DNA of 64,000 nucleotides from Podarcis tiliguerta (taxonomy: Eukaryota). A model generated the notes under the pieces. It was given only the letters and a program-made list of their open reading frames with translations, did not search any database and had not been told where the DNA came from. The stretch is taken from NCBI GenBank assembly GCA_965153285.1, contig OZ229111.1. One strand, given 5' to 3'. The position numbers and the translations under genes are program-made. Numbering within the stretch: the stretch's first letter is position 1; each line of letters starts with the position of its first letter. Positions 16,368-29,663 of the stretch are shown here, in pieces.

Positions 16368-17543
16368 CTGCAGTTCAAAATGACAATGAAACAGAATGTT
16401 AATGGTTATGAATTTATGAAACCTACAGAAACACACTGGGATTAAAAATACAAAATGGCTTCATTGGGTTCCTATAAGAGAGTTTACTCATCTTTTTAAT
16501 ATAGAAAATCTGTTATCAGACCCTTCTTCAACTTCACAGTATAAAATAAACCTGATGAATATGACATCAGGTAGCAAAAACTTTTATCCTGTTTAATCTG
16601 GTTGGATCATCAAGGAGATCCATCCATGTTTTGCTCTGCACTCGAAGAGTTATTCTCCAGTTACGCTAGTCTATGTATAAGAAGTCATTCAAGCTCTCCT
16701 ACTGATTAAACATTGGCCCATAAGGGTTATAGAGGGAAGAGCTATAACAGAATCTGTTTGTATGCTTTTTCATAGAAAGTAAACAATATTAGCCTTTCCC
16801 TTGCTAATACAACCAAAGTTGCTGAAGGTCACATATTGGGCCAAATAGCTAACCAGTCAACCACATACCAAACCATAGGTGGTTCAACCTTCAGCAGTAC
16901 TTAGGCTGCTCCTAAAATCCACATGCCAAGAGTCACAGCGAACTCCTACTCATTCAAAAAAAAACTTAGTTTCAGCTTCAACACCTGTACATAGTACAAG
17001 GCATCACTTCAATACATTATACAGGAAGTAATAGGTCACTTATTTAATTAGGCAGGTGACAGCTTGAGTCAGAAAAGAATGGGGAGAAAAAAGAATCCAG
17101 AACAATCAGTCCTGGGATTTGCATGCCCACTTTCCTCACTGGCCTGTAGAACTAAGAATCTATGCAGTCAGAGTTTACTGTACCAGCCCTAGGGCGACTG
17201 CAGTTCAGATTTATCCTGAGCCGCAGGAACGCTAGGCATACCAGCACTAAAACACTCCTGCTTTCCCCATATAGTCAGCAAAATATGGAACAATAATGCC
17301 CAGCAATCTGGGAGAATCTGTGCCTGACTACTTTGTCAGTTACACTGAGTGATATGCACGCTCAAAGGACAATTACATCGGTGTTTCTGTACATGTGCAA
17401 TAATGAAGTTTACTCTTAGCTGCATGCCTGTAGCAGAAATTACTTGTATACTTATATTGGATGTTGACAGGTAGTCTCCTAAAAATGTAAAACAAGAATG
17501 ATTAAGCCTATATAAAGTTTAGAAGCATAAAAAAGACACTTGC

Positions 17544-17573
17544 CTGGTGCTTCACTGGCTTAGGTGACTCGGG
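17544..17573 (-). CDS. MYH10: MYH10 alternative exon B1/N30 (PESPKPVKHQ), loop-1 insert, 30 nt
   Basis: aaacAG|CCCGAGTCACCTAAGCCAGTGAAGCACCAG|GCAAGT; peptide equals the known NMHC-IIB B1 insert. Confidence 0.93.
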
Positions 17574-20017
17574 CTGTTTGTTGTAAACAAACAAATTCAC
17601 ATGTTAGCAAATCTGACCTTGCCTTCCCATCCATCGCCAAGATTTCACTCTCATATACATGCTAGTATATTTTCTTTAGCCACTATGTTCATTGTGGCAA
17701 CAGCTAAATTTTAGCCAGATAGAATAAAATGTGAACTTCATTCAAGGAAAGCTGAAGAACTAAAAGTACTTTTTAATCTTATTTCATGACTCCAGGTCTG
17801 ATACTGGCTTCTTTTAGAAAAGGTATAGATTGGTAATACAATATACGCTGTATGCTCTCAAGACTTAATTAAATACAATGTTTCCAAAAGGTTCTGACCA
17901 AAAAAACCCCACCTAGAATTTTTATTTTCTGGATCACATAGAAGTCTCTAGGCAGTGTATTTAGTTTCCTTTGCCAGGATTCAACAGGCCTGATGTGCAT
18001 TCAGGGCCTCCAACCTGCATACAGATGTGTGCATGCAAGAGCTGCTCTTATCTTTTGTGAGATGATGTGTGCACTGTTTTGCACATGCAGGGGAATTCCT
18101 AACTCGGAAGAAAACACAACGCCAACATGTAGAACTCCATATGTGAATCAGAACTCTGTATCACGCTAGCGTATTTCCCAAACTTGGGATACAGTAGCAC
18201 ACAAATTGCCAAAGTTTACATATGGGTACCGTGCCACACAAAAAAATTCCAAAATCCAACAAACTAAGATGTAGTTTTCTTTATCCATAATGCCTTTTAA
18301 CAAAATTGGATTATCCGCACAAGGGATGCTAAATAAAACCTATTTATTAAAGATGCAATGTCAAATATTGGTTCATAGAAAGCAACACAACTAAGACCAA
18401 TGGTGAAAAATTCAATCCTGTGCTTCTATGACATCAATTAGACAACTCAAGTACTCATTTATATTGCACTATACAATAAATATTGTGGGCAGATAAAGCC
18501 CATGTTCCGAAATATGGTGCCTTCTTCACAGCTATAAGGCAATAGCAGTTTAAAGAAGAACACCATGCTCTACAAATGTTTGTCAAAACAAGAAAAAGTT
18601 TCGGAAGGCAACAGTAGAGAGTTTTCAGATGAAAGTTACACAAACAGATGTTTAAATGTTGCAAGCTGCAGAATTAAAGGAGGGTATGCCTTCACAGTGT
18701 CTTCAGAGGTGATTTAATGGTGTTCCATTTCTCACTTCCCCATAAAGCAGGAAAGGTGTATCTGTTCTGCACGTGCATACATACAGTGTACACACAAACC
18801 TATACCACCAGAACTAGTGGAAACCAAGATATGGACTGCCAGGGACAGAGGGTATGTTTTGTGCCCAACTACAACACCATCCCAAATTCACTATTCTTCT
18901 GTCAAAAAGGGTTAATCAACCATTCATTCACATGAACAACAAGCGTATACTCAGATACCATTTTGGTACGGGACTAAACCCCAGCAACAGAGGAAGGGAC
19001 TGGTTTTATGTCCTATACTTCATCTTGCTGTCGATTTTGCTCCACAAAACTCATTGCTAGCCTTTGAGATCCAAGACAGTTCCATGAATAATCCTTCCTT
19101 GGATTCCATTTTTTGGGGTATGCTCAAGTACTGGTCTTCAAGTGGTGGGCTGGGACCCACGAGTGTGTTGTGTCCTGATTCAATGTGGGTTATAACAGCT
19201 GGGACTATTAGGATGCAAATATATGGCAAAATTTAAGAAATGGGTCCCCAAATGCATATTTGGGTTAAAAGTGGTTCCTGGAACTGAAAACTTAAAAGTT
19301 ACCTGTGCCAGAGTTAACAGACTCCTAGGATTTATATCTATTAAATGCCCAACGACGTTAAATTTTTTAGTCCCCAGTTACAGGGCACATCTCTATCTAG
19401 AGGAATAGCAGCCAGCCAACTGCACACTAAAAGCAATAGTACAGGATCACTTGAAGGCCTCCTTACATCTCAAATATACATCACAAAAATCCTTATGCTA
19501 ACAGCAAGAACTTAAGGAGACATTGCAATATCCAAGAGAGCACAAAAGTGGGGCAATGAATTTTAATTCAAGAACATGTTTTGCTTTGCTATAGAACTTA
19601 GCATATGGCACCACAAAAACTAATGCCAACGGTGTATTGTACAATACATATTTCTATTTTAATAATTCATTGTATCAACACACACACACTGGATTTTACT
19701 GAATTGTTTCCAAAGACAATTGTAACAGCAAGAGGGTTGTTATGTACACATAGCAATTTGAAATCTACCAAGCTGGCATCCAACTGCTTATTCTTTGTAA
19801 CTTCTAATAGAGAGCAATTGTAGCACAACTATTAGGTGGCTATTCCCTTAAACTAAAGCAAGTACTTTGTTGAATGGATAATGAAGCAAACAGCAGTGCT
19901 TACAAACTGATTCCAACTTTAAGTGGCCTGTTTTCCAACACTTGTTTATCATGGACAGGGTCTCGGAAGCAGACTTCAAAGCAAGGTATTAACCTTATTT
20001 ACAGATTACAACAATTA

Positions 20018-20209
<192 letters not shown>

Positions 20210-20558
20210 TCACTACAACTTAATGTCTAGGATAATTTTATTCATGCTAGGTTGGGACAACCGCAAGGTACTTTCTGGTTCCTGAGATGTGAAAAGATGC
20301 TGAATTGAGTTGTTCGGTAGTGAGTTTTATGTAAAACCACTGTTGTACAGCAGATACACTTGGTACTGAGAACACTTTTCACTGAAGGAACTCTGTCAAT
20401 GAGGCAGCTTGCTGTTCCAACTGAAAACACACTAAAGGTATTTCAGTAAGAACTTACGATGGTGGGTTTTAAATAATGAAAACCAGACATTCCGAGCTAA
20501 CTTCTAAAAGCACTCTTCAGTCACCCAGTGGTAAAGAACCAACACTCTAGTGAGTTTG

Positions 20559-20694
20559 GGATAGTTCAATCAGTAGAGCAGGAGACTTGATCTCAGGGTT
20601 GTGGGTTCCAGCCCCACCTTGGACAAAACACTCCTTCATTGCAGGAGGTTGGACTAGATGAGCCTCGTGGTCCCTTCCAATTCTACAATTCTAT
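20559..20694 (+). mobile_element. Short tRNA-derived SINE with CR1-type 3' tail
   Basis: tRNA-like head (TAGTTCAATCAGTAGAGCA...GGGTTCCAGCCCC) followed by GGTTGGACTAGATG...CCCTTCCAATTCTACAATTCTA. Confidence 0.7.
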
Positions 20695-21062
20695 CTGAAG
20701 TCACCTCCGCCACTCAGGAACTACCATTTGAGTCTCCCTCAACAGTTTGCCACTCCTGTTTCAATTGCTTAGGAAAAAGGAAAGATGAGACAGTGATATA
20801 CAAGCTGAGAACAAAAAAAGGAATCTCCTTGAACAGTATATAAATTTGCACAACCATTCTCAAGTTGCCCGATGTAAGACTTCTACAAACATGAATATGT
20901 ATTGCTGCATATGAAGTAGTAGTCACTTGAGAAAGAGCCCCAAGTTTCCTTATGCCTTTTGGAGTAACAGAATTTAAAGGATCTAGCTAAAGGGTGGGGA
21001 ATGCTTCATGTACAATATCCAAATTACCGCTATTTTATAATCAATTTCATATGGTCCATCTA

Positions 21063-21433
21063 AAAGGTAAAGGTAAAGGTACCCCTGCCCATACGGGTCA
21101 GTCGTGTCCGACTCTAGGGTTGCGCGCTCATCTCGCTCAAGAGGCCGGGAGCCGGCACCGCCCGAAGACACTTCCGGATCACATGGTCAGCGTGACAAAG
21201 CTGCATCTGGCGAGCAAGCACCAGCGCCGCACATGGAAACGCCATTTACCTTCCCGCTATAAAGCGGTACCTATTTATCTACTTGCACTTAGGAGTGCTT
21301 TCGAACTGCTAGGCGGGCAGCAGCTTGGACCGAACAACAAGAGCTCACCCCGCCACGGGGATTCGAACTGCCGACCTTACAATCAGCAAGTCCTAGGCAC
21401 TGCAGTTTTACCCACAGCGCCACCTGCGTCCCC
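21063..21433 (-). mobile_element. Sauria SINE, full length
   Basis: GGGACGC..GGTGGCGCTGTGG head, (ACCTTT)n tail, flanking 12-bp duplication ATGGTCCATCTA. Confidence 0.88.
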
Positions 21434-22110
21434 TAGATGGTCCATCTAGCTTCCACATATATGAAAAGGAAAAAGGATAACTTTAAGCAGGTATTCAATG
21501 TGTCAAGTATAGGTTCTATTCTCTTTATAAGCAGTGGCTGCAAAGCTGAAATTGAAGTTAATTCTCCGCGCGCGCCCCCACTAGTGTATTGTTGCCAGAT
21601 GGTGAACTATACAAGATTTCCTGGAATAGGAATACTTGATGAAAGAGGACACACACACTCCTGGCCTTTAGAACACTTTTGGATCATTCCATTACTGATT
21701 TTCATATTTCACTGCCAAATAGACTTGTTATATACTGGAGACATATGTTCACCGATATTAACTTATTAGTTACGTATGGGGTTCCCACTGACTAACCCAA
21801 AACTTTTACATTTTTCACTGGTTTTATTATGTGACAAATGATCCTCAGAAGACAGACTGAAGACCTCATTAGTCCTCTCATCTCCCCCTGTATCTTCAGT
21901 GACTTTGCCTCTTGACTTCTGTATTCCTTATGAATCTGTGAATTATGAATGAAAGATGTTTGAGGTAAAAGACAGTGACTGCCTTGGCAACCACGTGAAT
22001 GGCGCGGATAGTGTGAAGTGGGGTTACTGCCCTTCACTAAACCCCTAAATAGCTGGAAGTCACTCTTCCAGATCTCACATGAATGATATCCTTAGATTTA
22101 TAGCCTAATC

Positions 22111-22497
22111 CAGGCATAGGCAAGCTTCGGGCCTCCAGATGTTTTAGCCTACAACTCCCATGATCCGTAGCTAACCGGATCAGTGGTCAGAGATGATGGG
22201 AATTGAGAGCCAGTGTGGTGTAGCTGTTAAGAGCGGTAGTCTCATAATCTGGGGAACCGGGTTCGTGTCTCCGCTCCTCCACATGCAGCTGCTGGGTGAC
22301 CTTGGGCTAGTCACACTTCTCTGAAGTCTCTCAGCCCCACTCACCTCACAGAGTGTTTGTTGTGGGGGAGGAAGGGAAAGGAGAATGTTAGCCGCTTTGA
22401 GACTCCTTGAAGGGAGTGAAAGGCGGGAGATCAAATCCAAACTCCTCTTCTTCTTCTAGTCCAAAACATATGGAGGGCCGAAGTTTGCCTATGCCTG
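22111..22497. mobile_element. hAT MITE (CAGGCATAGGCAA termini) interrupted by a SINE
   Basis: Terminal inverted repeats; perfect 8-bp TSD GCCTAATC. Confidence 0.88.
22205..22456 (+). mobile_element. tRNA-derived (CTT)n-tailed SINE (Squam3-like)
   Basis: Pol III A/B-box-like head GTGGTGTAG...GGTTCG; CTT tail; homologues at 39116 and 57896. Confidence 0.82.
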
Positions 22498-22872
22498 GCC
22501 TAATCCATCCTAAAGCCATGGTAACAAGTGGCAGCAAGAGTTGGCTTGCAACAGGAGCTAGAATAACAGTTGCGAGAGCAAGCAGTGAACTGTGAAGTTC
22601 CCAGTTCCAAGCTCACCTCCATGAAGGCACTGGACACACTAGATCCAGTTCCTACTAAGGCAGGAATGCCACAGCCGGCCTCCTGCAACGGAACTGCAGT
22701 ACATAGTTTGGTAATAATGATCTCTGCCACCCGTGAGATTGTTCAGTGAATAAAGTTAAATGTTAACTCTTGTGTAACTCATCTTAGGAGCCCCTGTTCC
22801 CAGTGAATCTGACAAATAGTAGTCATCACACTATCACAGAACAAAGCTAAGCTCCAAAATGCATTTACTTAC

Positions 22873-22900
22873 GTGCAAAGAATTGATTGGTCCTCACGAT
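22873..22900 (-). CDS. MYH10: MYH10 28-nt exon (DREDQSILCT)
   Basis: tttgcAG|atcgtgaggaccaatcaattctttgcac|GTAAGT; phases fit. Confidence 0.96.
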
Positions 22901-24850
22901 CTGCAAAGGAAAAGGGAACAATTTATGATTGACATTTTGGTGCACATATTTTGCTAGTAAGGTACGCAGAGACAGAAAACCTGAGAGGAGGGAGAGTAAA
23001 GGTGATAAGAAGTTGCCAGGAATAGCTAGAACCATAATATTATCCAAACGCAAATTCTCACCACTGTAACATCTATCCACAACCCCCCTAATTTTTAAAT
23101 CAAATCACCCGGACAAGGTGAGTGTAGGCACATGTATATATGCAGTCCTTCAGGCACCCTCGATTTAAACTATGGAAGACTTATAAGGTTAAAACATGCC
23201 CTGAACTGAGCCTGAAAGTGGTGTTAACTTAAACAAAGGTCATACAAGGTACTAACCGAACAAGGTTTGACCGATATGCTGCCAAGGCTCGTTATTTTAT
23301 ACTACCGCTGACAAAAGGGCTCTCTGCATAGGTCTACAGTAGAGAGACAAGAATGTCACCACTTCAACACGCCTACCATACATCCCCCTTCCTTTGGAGC
23401 TACCAGCCTTTTGGGGGCAAGTAAGCAAATTTGGAATTTTGAGCAAGTGCCATGGGCACCAGTCACACAAAGTGGCTGCTGTAGGGGTACAGCATAACAC
23501 AGAATAGTTATGACATTTTTTAAAAAGACAGGAGCACAAAATAGTCACACCACCAATGGGAAATACCTATATTAGCTGCAACTTTATTTGCTCAGAAAGC
23601 AGCTCATTGCACCTCTCCTCTGTTAAGAATAGATAGGAGTGTGGATGTCCAGTCCTGGCATCTAATAAAATATGGGCATGTTTCAGAGGTGTGTGTTCAG
23701 TGTAGGAGAGGGCTGAGCAAGTGTAAACAGGAACTGAGCAAGAACAGAAAACAGTTTCTTGTGCATTGTGGATTTCTGAAGGCGTATTTACTGTGACCTC
23801 ACAAAGGCACCATAGGAGGTACAGCCTGTGACTGCCGAAATGGCCGGAAAACCTCATATGAAAGCAAAGCAAAGACAAATAACTATTCAAACAACTATAC
23901 AACCTAGCCTCCTCTGGAAAGAGCTCTTTCAGCAAGTATTGTTGAAGTTTGGTATTGAGGTGCCAACCAGCCATAGAACTATCAAGTCTCATTTCACCAT
24001 ACATTTTTTTCTTTCAGGGACTGCTCATACAATGTATATGTTTTTGACATAACCAGCTGGTGAAAGATTTGAAATGAAAACTCGTAATTTTAAAATATTG
24101 CCTTAAAGGTGATGTGTCGTGTCAGATACAAGCCCTATCCACTTAAAAAGATTAATGTTTAAACTTATATTTGTAGAAGAAATGTTAGCATATTGAAAAG
24201 CACACACAGATATAAACTAACGTAGTACCCTTCGGGAATCATTCAACAATAAGCAGAAATAAATGCAGCTGTTACAGATCACTTTGACATTCATGGAACA
24301 CAAAAATATGGTTATGTTATAGCAGCAGATAATTTATAGGGCTGCCTATGTCTGTGCGGAGCAAAGGATGGAAACTTAAGCATTATTTCCTTCAAAGAAA
24401 ATTTATAAAGGCAGATAGAATGCTTTTGCCTCATTTCTGCCACCAACAGCAGACTGCAAACTGAGCCAGAAGCAGAATATGAAGCAAGAGAAGAGCACAG
24501 TTTGGACTGGGCTTCTGAGGTAATTTAGAAAATAGAAATAATGAAAAACAAAGTAAATGGCTGGAGATACTTTGGAATAACTAGTAGACTGTGCTACACA
24601 ACATATGATGAGCTTTTCCACCAATTTCCCTAGTGCTCAGAAGATTAATTCATTCTTTACTTGCCACAGAAATCTTGGGCAAAGGGAGACTTACTATTAC
24701 AATTTGTATTCTAATTCACCATCAATGCATGGGCAGCAACTTCCACTTTTTCCTCTTTATTAGCATTGCTCTTCATTTTATTTATTTTTTGAGGGAGAGG
24801 ACAGTGTTTAATATTAAGCCTTGTAAAGACAAAAAACCAAGTGTTTTGAC

Positions 24851-24990
24851 CAGGCACCCCCAACCAACCTTCGGCCCTCCAGATGTTTTGGACTACAATT
24901 CCCATCATCCCTGACCACTGGTCCTGTTAGCTAGGGATCATAGGAGTTGTAGGCCAAAACATCTGGAAGGCTGCAGGTTGGGGATGCCTG
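24851..24990. mobile_element. hAT MITE
   Basis: Palindromic body; TSD GTTT(T/A)GAC. Confidence 0.85.
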
Positions 24991-27714
24991 GTTTAGACCA
25001 ACACTGCTTTGTCAGTTACAACTTTAAAGAGCTTTGAGTTGACATAAGTAAGACTTGGGGACTAGGACACTCCTCACCACAATGAGCAGCTACAATTGCT
25101 TTTGTGTTGATACAGCAGAAAAGGAGATGTTGGCCTTTCAATACTTAAAAAACCCACAAGGAAGTATGCTTCTAGGAGAACAATATCAGAAAAGCTTTGT
25201 GGGGGGGAAATTTAAATGAGAATTTACCTGACAGGATTTACCTGTTATATTTCATCATAAGCTATTTCCTTCTTTTTAATTATTTATAGTTTCTACATTT
25301 CTGTTTCTTGAACAAAGAAAAACTGTGCACCTCGTGTGTCTGTAACTGGGTAATAAAAAGGACAGCCTTTCATAACGAACCATTTTTCATTTTAATCTGC
25401 AGTGCTATAGAACTCAGGTGAAGTAAAGTCCAACTGAATATCTCCATAAGTGAAGTGCAAGCTCCTTCATGGGAGGAAGCAAGTGTTTGCTGCCAGCTCC
25501 ACATGGCTGGTAGGCAGCAAGCAAGCTGGGCCATAAGGAGAGTAGGAAAACCACCCCGGCCACTTCTCTCACCCACAAACTTCCTTCCAAACCAACCAGA
25601 ATGCAACAGTGCAGGCCCTTCTAGTTCCAGCAATTATTTTGCATCACTCTGCCATTCCCATCTCCCGCATCATACAGGGTCACCAACACAGCACCCACAG
25701 GTAAAATGAATGAAGACCTTTGTGAGTGCCTGTGAAGCACTGTGCCTAGTGTGGTGATCCTCACACTAGGTGATCTTGGGCCAGTCACTACCTCTCAGCC
25801 TAACCTGGGATCTTCTGAATAAATACTATTGCTATGAACTGTTTGGAGGAACACAATACATCCCCCACCTTCCTAGTACTGTACTATGTCATTAAACCAA
25901 TACAGAGAAGTATGTGTGTGTGTGAGAATACTGGACAGTTTGAAAAATAACTATTAATAACAATGCCAATGAAACTAGGTTAATCATGACCCCAGCTTGG
26001 CAATATAGTTTACAGGAAACTCATTCAACATTAAACTGTTTTTGTAAGAGTTAACAGACTCCATCCTCTAAATACAGCATGCCCAAAGCAGACATACACA
26101 AACGCCAGAAAAGTAATGCCAATGTTTATACAAGGGCAGCTATTACTTTTAAACCTAGTTATAAAACTTTCAGAAACACTTGTCTGAACACAACTCGTTT
26201 TGAAAAATGAAGTGAGTTTATAAAGAGAACTCTGGAGTTAATTCATGTTCATAATGTAGCCAAAGTGTATTACTGGACATGCACGCAAGAACATCAGTTA
26301 AGAAATTTTGTACCCTGACTAAGTTTATCAAAGTTACTTATTTTTTACAAGCTTCTTTAAGTTAGATTTCATGCATTAATGTTTAATAGAACGGTTAAGT
26401 CCAGTAGCATCTAGCAAGGCAGCACAGGTAGTAATGCGCTGTTAAGCCATCTTCCCAATGCCAGGTATCATTGCCTGTTATTGAGAAGGGGGAGACAAGG
26501 CACTGGAGAGCTCAGCATGGCAGGATTGCCTCTGCTGTTGCACCTGTACACCACTAAACTCTCCACTGCCCTGCCCCTCTACGTAACCAGCAGCAATGAA
26601 GTACTGGGAAGTCAGGTGAGCAGCACAGCCCCACCCACACTGCCCCACCAGCCACTACAGGTTAACTCACTAGCCGTTTTGCTAACAGAACAGCCTTGTG
26701 GGCAACTCTGTATATCTGTATATCTAACAGCTTTACTGTATCATAATTCACTGAAAGAAAAGGTCTAAGTTTAGTATAATCATTTAAATTATCCTATACA
26801 GTGGACACTCAGGTTGCAAACGTGATCCGTGTGGGATGCACGTTCGCAACCTGCAGCAAGCATGAATGACTGAACAAGAACTTATCATCTGTAATTTGGT
26901 ATCAAGTGCCACTCAATCAAATGCATGCTTATTCACAGCTACCGTCAAATTCAATGGCATTTACTCCCAAGTGTGCAAAATATTACAACCTCCACATAAA
27001 AGCAAGTACTTCAAGCGGTGGTAGAGATGTAGCTCTGCACAGTGTTACGTGCTGCTGCTTTCTGCATTTTAAGAGCATGCATCTAAGGTCAGCACAAGGC
27101 AAACATCACATGAGCTAGGACTTTATGCTAACCATTTTATGTAAGGAATTTTTAAATCAAGGTACTACCAAATTTATCTTTTAGCATTCTATTCTATCAA
27201 AGTTTATTGAAGCAAAAAAGGATGTAATTCATTTAACCAGCCCCATCCATTGAAGCCTTGCGCAAGGACTTCGACTTGTGCAAGAGTACTTTCTCCTCCT
27301 ACTCCCCTCAGCATCCCCCCAAAACTGTCTGGGAATTTTGTGGGGTGGGGGAGAATCCCAAGAACAGGGGGCAGAAGAGGGAGATTTCAGCTTGCCACAC
27401 TTAGAAGAATGTCACAGTGAATTCCACCCAGAGGCATTATCTTGAAAAAGGCAATGAAGCAAAGCAAATGCATAAAATGCTTCTTTATCCTGAAAAGGGG
27501 GCGGGGGGGAGGGATGCTTTCCACTAGTTTGTAACCTCTACCTTTGGCTTCAAACCTGATCGGCCTGAAGTTTTCTCCCTTCATGAATTTTTATCTTCAA
27601 AGTAAGCAAGCCTGCTTTTCCTGCATTCCTAGAGAACACTCACTTATCTCCTCATTCTCGTCTGTGTACCTCCAAGATTTCTTCCAGTTATCAAACACTG
27701 TGAGAAATCATATG

Positions 27715-28113
27715 CTTATTTGGAATACTGTGTACCGTTTCTGGTCACTTCACCTCAAAAAGGATAATTGCAGAGTTGGAAAAGGTTCAGAAAAAAAGGC
27801 AACCAAAATGATCAAGACAAGCAGTGGAGAAACTCCCCCGTGAAGAAAGATTAGTTTCGAGAAAAAGCAAGAGGGGACATGATTGAAGTGTGAAAATGTA
27901 TGCACAGTGTGGAGAAAGTGGTTAGAATTTTCCCCCCTCCCACTCAGAGGAACTCATGGGCAACCACTGAAGCTGAATGTTGAAGGAGAAAGCACTCCTT
28001 CACACACCATACAGCTAAACTATGGTATCTGCTCCCACGAGAGGCTGTGATGGCCACCAACTTAGATGGCTATAAAATAAGATTAGACAAATTCATAGAG
28101 GATAAGGCTATCA
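27715..28113 (+). mobile_element. Degenerate CR1 LINE 3' fragment
   Basis: Decayed EYCV.FWS.HLKKD..ELEKVQ..ATKMIK-like coding and ...gattagacaaattcat.gaggataaggctatca terminus. Confidence 0.8.
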
Positions 28114-29405
28114 GTTTCTGGGCCAAAGCTCTACAGATGTAGTCGGTTTCCACCTCCCATCACCCCCCTGAACGTGCCCCTGGGGCTGCTGGGAGATGGA
28201 GTCCAACAAAACCTGGAGGGCCATAGCTTCCCAGCCCCTGCTCTAGGATATCCCACACACAGCACGGCACAAAGACCTTGAAAACGAACATTCAAGTTGA
28301 CTGAATTTACTGTTAGACACAGTTGATGCAGCAGTTCGAAGAGAATAGCCAGACTCCTGCTCCACTTCCTGCATATGACAAAGACACAATTCATCTGACA
28401 TTTTCCAGTTCTTCCCTACACACTTAAGAAACCCGTCTTGTTCTAATCCGCTGCAACACTATCATTAAATTTTATAAAAGCAGACTTTGTTTACCAACTC
28501 TTGGGCCTTTCCAAGTCCCATGAAGAGCTAAGTGAGGCTTTAGCAGGGCTGGCAGTTTGACAGAAGCAACAACTGCAACCCATTCAAAGTGCAAGGAAGA
28601 TAAAGTAGGAAGAATGGCAAAATGATGAAGAAGAAAGAAAAGAAAAGGAACCCAAACACCGTAGGCCCTTCTGCAAACTAGCTAGCTGGAAAGCTAGGAA
28701 TACAATAAGAACTGAATAGTTTTGAAGAACAAGCATATCAATACAGTATGAATCAAGCCAAACTTACAGGAACAAGCAGAACAATTGAGTTAGGCCAGTG
28801 AGAGAGTTTAGCAAACCTCACCTGTATGTTAGTACTACTGAATAATGGAGGAAGGAAACCCCCCACAATTGACAACACATTTTAAGTTCATCCAGATCGA
28901 ACCTGTAAGGAAATTTGGGGAGCTGCAAATATGACTTCCAAAATTCTGTGGTGGATTTTCTGGATGTAACTAAATTCTTTTCATAGCGGCCTATGCTAGA
29001 TGAGGATTCTAGACATCATATATGCCACAAGAAACCTGAGGCCTCCACGCCTACTTCAAAGTGCAGATACTTCCCCTATTACACCAGAGAGCCAATTTTC
29101 AGATGCTTTGCAGTAGCTCAAGCTGAAACCCCCTCCATTTTTGCAATTTTGATATGCAGATTCAAAATAGGGTGCATCCATTTTTTTAGTAGAATTTTCG
29201 TTTTTCTCATCTTTCCTGTAAATTCTGAGAAAATCTAGTAATCACCAGCATACTGTCCAAATTTAATTTCCCCCCAGGAAGCTAGACACTGTGTGAGATG
29301 GAAACACCCCCTCCCAAGCTCCTCCACTCCCCCAAACAGAACAAGCGGCCTAAATGACCCTCAACGCAGTGGTACAAATTTTAAAAGCACAGAAGTTGTC
29401 CTCAA

Positions 29406-29663
29406 AGTGTACAATAGATGAGCCTTCCTGCTTTGGCTCATCTTCCTTTTTTCTTTTTTCCCCCTATTTTTCTTTTTATTTTTCTTTTATCTTTTCCATA
29501 GTTGCTTATGTTCTGTGTTATGTACTTTGATATTTTTTGTAGTTTTTTAAGTTTTTCCCCCCATTACTATTAAGGAATTTTCCTTTGTAATTTTGGTTGT
29601 CTATATTTATATGTACCTGTTTAAAGCAAAATAAAAGTTATTTTTTAAAAAATAAATTAAATA
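29406..29663 (+). mobile_element. Short retroposed (L1/Tx1-like) 3' end
   Basis: 15-bp TSD AGAAGTTGTCC(T/C)CAA, T-rich body, AATAAA and A-rich tail. Confidence 0.6.

Noticed and set aside
20559-20625. tRNA-like sequence (also at 22205, 35215-35290, 39116, 58090-58155)
   Set aside because: These are SINE heads with degenerate cloverleafs, mostly followed by SINE bodies or tails, not tRNA genes
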